Both the position numbers and the translations under genes were made by a program. From an uncultured Acutalibacter sp. (GTDB lineage: Bacteria > Bacillota > Clostridia > Oscillospirales > Acutalibacteraceae): a DNA stretch of 34,389 bases. The first letter of the stretch is position 1; every line of letters starts with the position of its first letter. The stretch covers positions 12,576-46,964 of the forward strand of contig CAZBDS010000001.1 of the NCBI GenBank assembly GCA_964490735.1. The letters are read 5' to 3'. This document shows positions 15,001 through 19,500 of the stretch, one piece after another. Under the pieces are notes generated by a model, which had not been told where the DNA came from, did not search any database, and was given only the letters and a program-made list of their open reading frames with translations.

Positions 15001-15530
15001 CCCTGGGCCTGGAAACCGCCGGTCTCCGTGGAGGAGACGTTTACGGCGCCGGACTCGTTTCCGTCGGCATCCGTCAGCTGGACCACATAGGGAGCGGTGC
15101 TGCCCAGCTTCAAGGTCAGACAAAGCACCTCAGAAGACGCGAAGGGGATCTGCTCGTCTGCCACGTGGGCTTCCATGTATTTCATGGTGCGGGAGGCAAC
15201 CAGATAGACCGGCAGCTCATTGGTGTCGGAGAACTCGTTGGTGGAGGCCTCTCTTGTCACCAAGATCTGGCCGGTATAGTGCACGCCGGTTTCGTCCTCA
15301 TAGGTTTCCAAAGACACACCCGCATAAGGCCTCTGGTTTTCCAGAGGCTTTCCGTTTTGGTCACAGAACTCCCAGTACAGCTGGGAGGGCTCATAGGTCC
15401 TAAGCTCGTCCTTCTCGTCGATGGCCATGATCTTCCCGGTATAGTCGAACTGGGTGGCAATACCGGTCTTATCGGGGTCCTCCGCTTCGGTGGGCACGTT
15501 CATTTCCACGTCGGTGGCGCCCACATACAG
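1..15530 (-). repeat. Array of ~48 divergent ~95-140 aa Ig-like modules (core F.A..YDQYG....V.WS.....GV.I...G.LTV)
   Basis: The motif or a variant occurs near 95, 505, 825, 1130, 1458, 1795, 2118, 2395, 2735, 3088 and onward to 13547, 13868, 14213, 14543, 14966 and 15420. Example module (8140-7820): RRLEKIVVTSTTDGGLEVPEVANSDSPAQKFFIATAYDQYGVKIEDAHIVWSLSDRVDGITVSQTGMLTVAGGAPEMTVTVYASDSESGIYGSAVVDIIR. It resembles Big_2/intimin-type Ig folds. Confidence 0.85.
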
Positions 15531-16406
15531 ATTTTTGAGCCCCTCCTCGTTCATGTTGTCATACACGATCCCCACGTTCCAGTTTTGGGGGTCATCGCCG
15601 GTATTCACCAGCTGACGGAGAGTGGTGTACGCCACAGCGACGTCCGTACCGTAGGGGGGAAGCACCTCGTAATAGTAGCCCCACTCGCCGTAGTCGCCGC
15701 TGCCGGAGCTGAGATACTCAATGGCAGCCACCGTGTAAGCCACCTGATAGGAGAGGGGGCTGGTCTCGTTGTAGCTTTGGCTCTCCTGCTCGTAGCCGAT
15801 ATCGGCGGAGGAACCCAGGCGGAAGCTGTCCTTTACCAGGTTGGTAATATCGTTTTTTGCCACCTTAAAGTACAGGACGCCCGCTTCGATCTCGTCGCCG
15901 CCCTGAGCCACGTTATTGCTGCCTTTTACGGTGAACTCATAGCTCAGATAGTAGCGGTTGGTGGCTTCGTCCTTGACCGCCACGTATTTGCTCTGCTGGT
16001 TGTTGGCCTTGGGTTTGTTCCCGGTGGGAGTGGTAAACTCACCGCCTACGGCATAATCCAGCGACACGGAAGAAGCTTCGCCCTTTTCGCCGTAGCCGTT
16101 GGTCACGCCGCGGTCGGTTGAGATTGCCAGCGGGCCGCTCTTATCCGCCAGATAGGGTGTCAACACGTCGCTGTCTACCGAAAACGCAATGCGCCCCGAA
16201 TGAATGCCCACATACCGCGGGCCGGAAGCATACACCGTCATTTCCAGAATACCGTTTCCGGCGTCAAATTTGCTCTGCTCCAGACGGATACTGGGGGCGT
16301 ATTCTCCCGTATCCTTATCCTGCCTGGCCAGCGCCGAAGGGGAGCTGCTCAGCAGCATAGACGCCGCCAACGTGAAAGCAAGCACTCTCTTCAGGATCTT
16401 TCTCAT
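1..16406 (-). CDS. Giant secreted Ig-repeat protein (>5468 aa, 3'-truncated): signal peptide, N-terminal cohesin-like domain, ~48 DQYG-type bacterial Ig-like modules (gene C)
   Basis: ATG at 16406 after GGAGG (16419-16423), with an upstream in-frame TAA at 16455-16457. Translation begins MRKILKRVLAFTLAASMLLSSSPSALA|RQDKD (Sec-type signal). The same frame still reads as sensible protein at the window start (...AVWSVSPDSGAVMLNAQKGL). The ORF track has no minus-strand ORF in this frame, as expected if there is no internal stop. The long plus-strand ORFs (1224, 2094, 5028, 5880, 11997, 14712) are all in antisense register with it. A DQYG/NQYG/DQF motif recurs about every 330 bp. Confidence 0.93.
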   Translation of the reverse strand, partial: MRKILKRVLAFTLAASMLLSSSPSALARQDKDTGEYAPSIRLEQSKFDAGNGILEMTVYASGPRYVGIHSGRIAFSVDSDVLTPYLADKSGPLAISTDRGVTNGYGEKGEASSVSLDYAVGGEFTTPTGNKPKANNQQSKYVAVKDEATNRYYLSYEFTVKGSNNVAQGGDEIEAGVLYFKVAKNDITNLVKDSFRLGSSADIGYEQESQSYNETSPLSYQVAYTVAAIEYLSSGSGDYGEWGYYYEVLPPYGTDVAVAYTTLRQLVNTGDDPQNWNVGIVYDNMNEEGLKNLYVGATDVEMNVPTEAEDPDKTGIATQFDYTGKIMAIDEKDELRTYEPSQLYWEFCDQNGKPLENQRPYAGVSLETYEDETGVHYTGQILVTREASTNEFSDTNELPVYLVASRTMKYMEAHVADEQIPFASSEVLCLTLKLGSTAPYVVQLTDADGNESGAVNVSSTETGGFQAQGGLALTAVVKDQYGNTIQEEGRLTFGRQDVDNGKIEVFEMSPAEVAWNAASQQVSTMMKFASGMKAVNAQPGKMKVVATFTHGATGECHGEYLADIQKDSSTFAGVRLDQYDDRDCKVPSEKIDNKNVISLLEQSDATDRYASTYFKAVPYDQYGEDIEDTTGYSCSWVLKDAGGATFRYANVTGFTNEVMVPSSITLPYFDVRVETTYQKSPTEVVTHDETLTLNIRAGEAQVRGVAIRTAEYPPNLTTDKRHPLEAYTKNQYGNEFTVENPDEMNWTWEPVYQSGQTAADFNIDENGGLWVREGLEEVRVKVTGWYGADGIHYEDTKTLKQGDPRQLSRLKLETEDQETTYEVLEADSEGNPQSFRKTINVSFFDQYGDPYTLKEEELAAETLQWDLPKAEMLEGVTLKPAAGIGDRAVLTVSSAAAGQKLPISVQSSVESAATGTLEITLNKQPAQLKRAEILNTAVKRNGSTVLVSACYDQYGNEMDNVNVVWKGADKTYTDESGKEQACFRVTPPSTSYTYAEFFEATHSVLTREGAQSVDVYYEATMQGAAAGTQPIVCTKNLPVTDPGSAARIIVTTDDDTRVPILEANADGSPNYSTIKFDAEVRDSNYIDIGTDNVVWEVVGNPDGVTIDKNGLVTVASNAIENTYTVVAIDRDNGIYGIGRFEAYWSGGEPRLARVDIAQTAAQINTSTNLTALYYDQYGNRYVNQGNENLIARWSYGNEGRNWESNKFDRNPPYLYPKTEDKGTFCGVNLAVTVEKTGEADRVVALARPKHIYAVEASAATYLKVNGEDVLYIRPTGTQTDYSLQLSDPFGITSDLSSSSSASWTLSAPGMGDSVSITPVNNGRRATLKISGGAKEGVIRLTATYLRRGSATDIVGVKDVRLVYDYSLANQLHEVQVVNKRVYPGADSYQLEVKLFNIFGRELEGYEKIEWSLQNPDHGITLEKGTGRITVPSDVPEGTKIKVTAAVTRRGVTKSGEGELEISSAEPKLHHIEVQNVFGNTNLYIPPQQDGENMERVALFRAVGIDQFDQEMETPLENVVWNVENAPTGLTYTQNGAVRINSVTNPRSDVKISATAPVDGIDSTDSANFSVVYEADRLTRLTVQQNLLYYKDGGGNGVQLRADFWNQYGKQMQLTETPVWEKVANEGGTVTVSPMGRTTYTEDTNNFTVNVSAGLVSCKNHRIRIGSEDPYVDKLSLTLDPATWVAKFDSQGRVQNYYFEIKPSARDQYGRDFLDPYDGTKDGQEGSEGHFIGKNAITWSVVDAPAGVTIAGTSNPADDPSGRLQVNTLTPKGPITVKATVNPTGAREVTATTVATVEREDSRVVGIRMKTSSTIAATAKPIKLEYEYYDQYGDALEIENASATWQLLAARGEEAGTEKARMISESDGVLLLGDTTTSLDLLLTPLAGTAAEPYNSQIAALDPLSVTITISRDAPRANRVEITKINGDVPIYVPRSGSSDAVVEYAAKVYDQYEKEIENAQFNWSLSTTAAGISVDRETGVVSVSSVAKPEDGVILTAIHRGSGVANTTSFSILSEQEESTLTSTGILQDFLPPIEDETLGGSLALEMVFYDQFGNEMEYMPGSDEVTWEVLDWTDMYGEASGNSRASFDSSATGNPNNLLYTSKTRSVLVQLSVKGFQPCRKWLYYAGDRQLTSIKVEPVGMSASRTQIQAGSSPITYKAVPYDQYGKQMSASYVKDVVWSLACAPESVSIAETSSETLGKQGVLTVPIYAAATKQVAIIAKDYKTGVLGKTFIDITRNGTGFEANRIEVYNKRHPVGTKDAWLEAVVYDVQNGEIHTEPGEIEWEVISNNTPAFFSYGEDGHLFFEGASSVEVRATWKTQRTITTTATIRVDGDPARLQKIVVKRAAGSGPVAIPEQKVNSAMVAENQSRSLCFDAYGVDQHNGALNNGQPLTNVKWLVSGASSKGVSINEYGVLTVTSAAEEGKVVVSAVDETTGIFGIIELMLTKDGPRFTSLGIRQKKLLPAGDTQLAAIYYDQYGRETFPRGSEAWTMPSTDPATGAAVININNTPGLIHVNESAVSVTVEVTAAQISSGNVKIPISRDATVPTSVEVELSSGVVPVVVNGVDTDPKQIAFKASVYDQFSMKYEPDEDGRLWDSDGTEITVRWALQNAPEHVTIDPKTGVVSVGSQAKAVPNVRVIATCQKNGVDTDAIGYGTFTILRISSVLSSVEIVENGFPAGTSKGTLTLRYRNQFGEEMSQPSSAVVTWAPVAAPAALEANPDGTAVLTFNGSSTVNVSVSVARYAGDTDPLTDSKEITLRTDRRLEKIVVTSTTDGGLEVPEVANSDSPAQKFFIATAYDQYGVKIEDAHIVWSLSDRVDGITVSQTGMLTVAGGAPEMTVTVYASDSESGIYGSAVVDIIREPSVYTSLKIKQASLPQNKLFMDMEVLWLDQYGDEMPQQGSVSWELIQRDGYYTDFANKNAYPGHLVLDPSTQMVVIRATSRGISTDPTPLSRNGEEHVARVEVTRVGSGAVMVPDLEDGKKGVKNQASFTARVYNQYGDEMTGDAIDIEWELENSSGGMTIEETGGRGTVSVSSEALSEEVRVVAREMNSGKAGTAVLVVKRQSPVFTSAKVKNDYIPRDGSPFTLTAVALDQYGQEMLGYDRVRWTLVDPSPNGNTYFEDESAGRLRYDSTLDTVTVKADVTVGNGTAPKTTPEKEIALSGDEPELREVKVKRTDGGYGTLYIPSSGNATAQYQAVGVDQYLREMKDLEFRWSLRGAPSNVGVNPDTGLLTVLPGATQANVQVVAASGSVSGRAVLALDRSASVLTTIEVQEDSLPYGTTWTMLHAIYRDQYGTEIDYTGDSQWYIMGVEPSNLPGSENINIYDNGALELIDGVKIISVRVSAEGKTSRTKGIVISGTSATKTVKVTKDYGGPAVTVPAFVGGEVQSNTFLFTAQAYDQYGAETVGDFGWYLENAPEGITIAQNGLVTVSSNAPEHQSVRVAAVDKLSGVEGEYLIDLVHGVPRATRANIKEDTIEPGVTTKLTAEMLDQYDEPMGYTEKPDWHPDEIEGGRIDEEGNVTPDTDSKAVTVKLSLGDKNTSKILTVGGRSRLQRIEVTGDRYVTINPIDSENKVTAGYQAVGYDQYGKVYSAEFKWSLEGAPEGARISRVGKLIVDPGAEATRNVKVVATSEADEVSGSTIVDLVYEDSRLSALGVQETGVPSLKKDETFTLTPEFYNQYGKEMEYSGRVLWDADGSKPENSVSVDADKLGVYTAERDDVEEMTVSLSANPDVSTTVDSGPIVLPVGGGKRVASSLEVTRKGAGGDVIIPDLGENAFAIYQARVFDQYHKEMTGSIFWTVSNSPIGVTISNGGVVIVDSTAQAGTIEIVAADSVSGVMGTAYLTLRRSDSRLASISILNESVPNDGNALLLAEYRNQYGEVMDFQGVPVWSLLEGGEGTTLTGNKLYVAEGDSALVSVTAEGVTSPAKRLERSAQDKDTVAYLTLSGADFVYAPVPGGADNVQTYTVKAYKLSGEEAPLTESSGVIFQAQNKDKLDLPADPAGTGVGFAGGVLTVTEKAAELAGLPLQAALTASYTPAGQSEALTTKPKQVLISRETSVLTRMTIQPVEENGEVSKVASNAKDIPLQAKFYDQYDKEMAFAGHVQWGLTGTVPQGVTMADGKLTLNNAITGDQFTVTADAGSGVTDSKLFEVGWTQRLTSIEVKPITGEPDGFDLQVPSYLNGAEQRAEVQFVATALDQYGQEMNASFIWELDTPVLGVSVSQGGLVTVTSSAPRDTMVTVRAGDSTGIISGSAYFFTRHGEGSFTSARVDTKSVPYDESRFELQWSALDNHGQPMDTSTGVWDVEWSLLNRNLHKEGLDPDSMTEEQLNAIVSVSPTGVMNWNQADIVKEEDTVEVRVRVSHNGEIIYSAPAIVRFGGKAVASRIELVPDLSGFPADSTGKKAVTYTTDGLFVDVPKAGGDNTTIPVSLVVYDQYDRTSTKDSEGNPISLAQSHNGQFNWKLADSISFVELTNYNHEAGNGIVVTAGAPKKDHIRVIAELPVTVDGVTNTISGFVYLSIHHLRSELTDLEIREDYLRKIVGTTELTVRWLDQYGDPMGTPADESGYTWTVNEAATTPAGSVTIEDPRRGLLTLNGLEDQTKITVRYNKDGIVAADEDHLIRFGTDEKPYDIFLTRDRGSDPTMVPPPSNGELQYTSVAYTAVVVNQYDEEIVRDLTWQMNPANVPGVTLNNHGVVLISSEAPDNVTVTVTVIENSTGMSDSDEIHLSRYASQLKAVRITDEIVPPEPEFQLRYETLDQYGTAFNYHEKNDPVWTLVGTSEPGNTGAVLDREGKLTMTTASYVDVTVEVDGVLSPVQRVTLGEIKKLDQLKIVGAEQIEVWGDRGILIEDKDKVTTKEYTVYGYDQYKRPWPDLGDVTWSARSNYITGLSIDPDGAHKATTTLSVPRNAVEGTYVTITAQVNTQDLDEEGQVKAERTVTGKLVAETVYEKSYAASVEIVETGFPKSAGGGQLTLRYKDQYGQLISEPAGAKKIWGSVPAGHVDNSGLFSFNGSEDPVTVTVDVSYDVQGENGKPETRTLPQASQVFTPSNEESEAHHVEVLRQDNGENAVKIPMEGSWLVPMKATTYDQFNIKFCSEEYYWSIEDLSDGSVTVNASGVVSVYPSAQAGQVKVKALGKETGLVGYFMLKLDREEVPPTKEDVLTSVKILSTEMPPVDDTRGSMTLELEFRNQKGEAMEAPEGAVVKWLPITKWSPDSARPAVGESTGILTVGGANRVEVTVEVTDPSQQYEDGDKKGQNKVFTDTAVLENGGAAVFSKVDLKLTSELEGVSTVINGKTLPVPFSGTVSAKAEASALDQYGRPWTPDTAAGEKPVEFRYELTTMADGVSINANTGDIAIQSDAPAGKVGVKAKNKTETASAEESFTLTKEARVLRRIEIALTEKEDPAAEGEDVVYLLPAEAAADGVYLNAKYYDQYGKEMNAPAEAVWSVSPDSGAVMLNAQKGL
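15810..16295 (-). other. Cohesin-like domain at the mature N-terminus of gene C
   Basis: PSIRLEQSKFDAGNGILEMTVYASGPRYVGIHSGRIAFSVDSDVLTP...YLSYEFTV...EAGVLYFKVAKND matches the cohesin pattern (first strand, V.V.V, GI.S....(Y/V)D..VL, late L.FKV strand). Recognised by eye; supported by a dockerin in the adjacent gene. Confidence 0.55.
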
Positions 16407-16414
16407 AAGTCCCA

Positions 16415-16424
16415 CTCTCCTCCC
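16415..16424 (-). promoter_or_regulatory. Shine-Dalgarno site of gene C
   Basis: GGGAGGAGAG on the minus strand, 8-12 nt upstream of ATG 16406. Confidence 0.8.
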
Positions 16425-16433
16425 TAGTTCTGC

Positions 16434-16456
16434 AAAAGAAAACCGGAATCCGGCTT
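16434..16456 (-). terminator. Weak intrinsic-terminator-like hairpin
   Basis: Minus-strand RNA reads AAGCCGG-AUU-CCGGUUU followed by UCUUUU: a short stem with a U-rich tail. Confidence 0.35.
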
Positions 16457-16472
16457 ATTGTTAAAAATCTGC

Positions 16473-16524
16473 TCGTCCTGAGCGCGGAACAGAGGGACAC
16501 TCCTCTGCTCCGCGCTCAGGACGA
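16473..16524 (-). promoter_or_regulatory. 23-bp GC-rich stem-loop downstream of gene B (RNA stabiliser or atypical terminator)
   Basis: Arms at 16473-16495 and 16502-16524 with a 6-nt loop. The single DNA mismatch is a G-U wobble only in the minus-strand transcript. A U5 tract follows after a 5-nt gap (GCAGA). Confidence 0.75.
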
Positions 16525-16569
16525 TCGTTTGATAGATCGTCCCAAGCCGCGGCTTACTACCGCGTCAGC

Positions 16570-19500
16570 TTACTCTTCAGTGTCTACCGGCTGCAGCGTC
16601 TCGTACTTATAGCTGCTCACCGTAGCGCCGATATTGCCGATCAGGAACGCACGGTCCAGAGCGTTGACCGCTCCGTCATCGTTAAAGTCGCAGCGCCGGA
16701 GATAGATCTCGTCCTGCGTCGTGCCCGTGGTTCCCAGGGTATAGTACTTGTTGTAATGCTCCACCAGGATCTCAAGGTCGCCCTTGCTTCCCAGCTTCTT
16801 CTCGGTAACGCTGCCGTCCATGTTCACGTCGCCACCCAGCAGGCGGAGCTCCAGCACAAACTCCTTGCTTTCTCCCTGGCTGTCCAGATTCGGTCCCCAC
16901 TGGTTGGTGGAAGACAGCTTCTGGCTGATTCCGTCGAAGGTGACGAAACCGTCCCGCTTCACCACGATCCAGTACTTGCGGTCGTTTAGAATGTTGGGGA
17001 TCTCAAAGGTGCCGTCAGGTCCGGTGGTGGTTTGGTAGAAGTGCAGGGGATCGCCGGGGATCAGCTCGCCAGTGTCGATGTCGGTAATGGTGTTGCCGTA
17101 TTCGCAGACATACACCGTGGACCGGCCCGTGTACTGGTTCGCCAAAGGCTTTACGGACGAAATGTAGATCCGTCCGCGCAGGGTGCTCTGTCCCACGACT
17201 TGGTACACATGGATCTTCACGTAATTGCTGGCATTCATGTGATTGGCCGTCAGCAGCATATAGCCCTCATACACGCCGTCCGGCAGCGCGGAAGCGGGCC
17301 GGATGGTCACGGTGCCCCAGATCTCGTCGTCGGGCTCCATGCTGGGCTTCGTCGGCGAGGTAACGGTAAAGTTCTTGCTGGGGATCGTACAGGCTTCGTC
17401 GTCGTACATCACAGCCTGGATATCGGTCAGAGTGCCGGTTCCGTCATTGTAGTACGGCACCGTCAGCACCTTTTCCTGGGTGTAATAGCCGTCCGGCAGA
17501 CCTTTGAACTTATAGTCGTAATATCTTCTGGTCTGGGTTCCGGAATCGCCTGTGATAAAGGCTTCGCCCATCAGCTTGTTGCCGTCAGGATCCTGGTTGT
17601 AGATACCGAACAGGAAGGTCTGGACCTCCGTCTCGTTGTCCTGGACGAAAATGTCCATGTACTCGCCCATATCCAGCACCTGGCTGTAATACGGATCAGA
17701 TTCCTTCACCGCCAGTTTCAGCCGGACCACCATGTGGCCCTGGGCCCCGGTAGTGTGGTGCAGCGTCAGGGACACCGACTCGCGGGAAGATCCGGCGTTG
17801 GGAAGGAACACGACCTCGCCCTCCTGCGGATTGGCGCCGCTGAAGTAAAGGGTCTGCTGGGCAATGGGCAGCTGGCTGTCCGGCACCTTCAGGGGCACCT
17901 GGGTAACCTCGCCGTCCTCGCCGGTCACTTCCTCATACTTGATGTTGCCGAATTCGTCCGCCTGGTAGTACTCTGCGGTCACCTTCAGCTTGGTGCCCAC
18001 CTGGTTGTCACCGGACTTGGTGATGGGGAACGTCAGCTCTCCGTCCTTGTCGAGGTACTGGTTCTCGTAATAGGTGGCGCTGTAAGACTCAAAGCCATAC
18101 TGGGCCAGCTTGTATTCCTCGTCGGTGGTAAAGGAGACATAGCTCTCGCCGTACCGCTCTGTCACTTCACCGGTCACGGGATCCTTCACGGAGAAGGCGG
18201 GCCACAGGTAGTAGGTGGTGTTGGCTTCCAGCGACCTGGTGCTGAACTTGTAGGTGCTGTCCACCGAAATGGTAGTCAGGCCCAGGGCGTTGGTCACCGT
18301 GGCTTCCTTCACCCGGGCGGCCGAGATCTCGTCGTCCACCTGTGTCTTGCTGGTGGGAACGAAGTTCTGATCCTTCGCGAACAGGATCCTCACCTTTTCG
18401 AAGCGGTCGTACACGCCCTTAGAGGTCTGCACCTTGCCCTGGATCTCACGCATGGAAACAGTGGCCTGCCTGTCGAACAGCTTGAACACTTCCATCTGTT
18501 CCACGGGATTGCCCTCGTCGTCGGTTACGGTACGCTTGCGGGCGCCGTAATCCTCCAGGGTGTAGCCGTCCAGGTCCGGCGTGGTGCCGTCCTGAATGCA
18601 GCCCTTCGCCTCGTACATGGCGATGATATCCTTGATCTGAAGGCTCTGATATTTCTCATACTCTTCTTCCACCACAGTGGCCTTCCAGGCAAGCTTCTGG
18701 TCGGACAGGATCTTGACCGTGGGAGCTTCCTTAATCTCAAAGGTCGCGGTGGTAGGTGTGGCGTTCCTGCCGAAGTTCGTCCGGAGCATCATGCGGTGCT
18801 TTTCGCCCACCGCACCGGTGACCCGTACATATTCGCCGTCCTTCTGCAGCCATTTTCCTTCGGCCCACACACACTGCGTATCGCTCAGCGCCCGCTGGAT
18901 CTCCACCCAGTATTCTACGGCGCCGTTGTACACGTTTTCTTCCTTGATGACCAGGTCCTTGGTGGCCGCGGAAGCACTCAAGGTGTTGTAGGTGGACGCA
19001 TCTGTCTTCACATACCCGTTTACAGGAGGCGTCACTCTGCCCAGAGCCGTGATAAAGCCACGCTCAGTCAGCCGGCCGCCCGTCACGTAGTTCGGATTCT
19101 TTGCGTAGTCTCCCAACAGCTCGATAGCCTTTGCCAGCGCCTGGGCGTTGGTTCCGTCGATCAGGTAGCTCCTCAGCGTGTCGTAATTGCTGGTATTGAA
19201 CACTGCCTCAAAACGTTCGGGCATCAGCAGCAGTGCCACGTTGTTGAGCATCTCCTGCGAGGACTGATCCAGCGAGCTCCGGGTCAGCCGGGCGTCCACT
19301 GTTACGATGTCCGCCGGGACACGCATGTTGGTCTCCACCTGTGCCGCGCCGGTACGGGGCTTGGTCAGCTCGATGTTGGGCGAGGTGGTATTCACCACGA
19401 TCTTCGCCTTGCCCACCACGGTTACGGTAGTATCGCCGTCATAGGCGATCAGATCCACATCGTAGTAGACGCCGGACCGCAGGCTGGAAACGTCCAAAGT

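Noticed and set aside
1224-16121. Long plus-strand ORFs (277, 788, 254, 1783, 580 and 469 aa)
   Set aside because: All are in exact antisense register with gene C and have unnatural G/V/H/L-rich composition; the recurring 'AVLV' is just the reverse complement of DQYG.
16407-16569. Sigma-70/SigA promoter for gene C, and the small ORFs overlapping 16118-16500
   Set aside because: Only a weak AACAAT with no convincing -35 element; the small ORFs overlap gene C's start or the hairpins and lack coding features.
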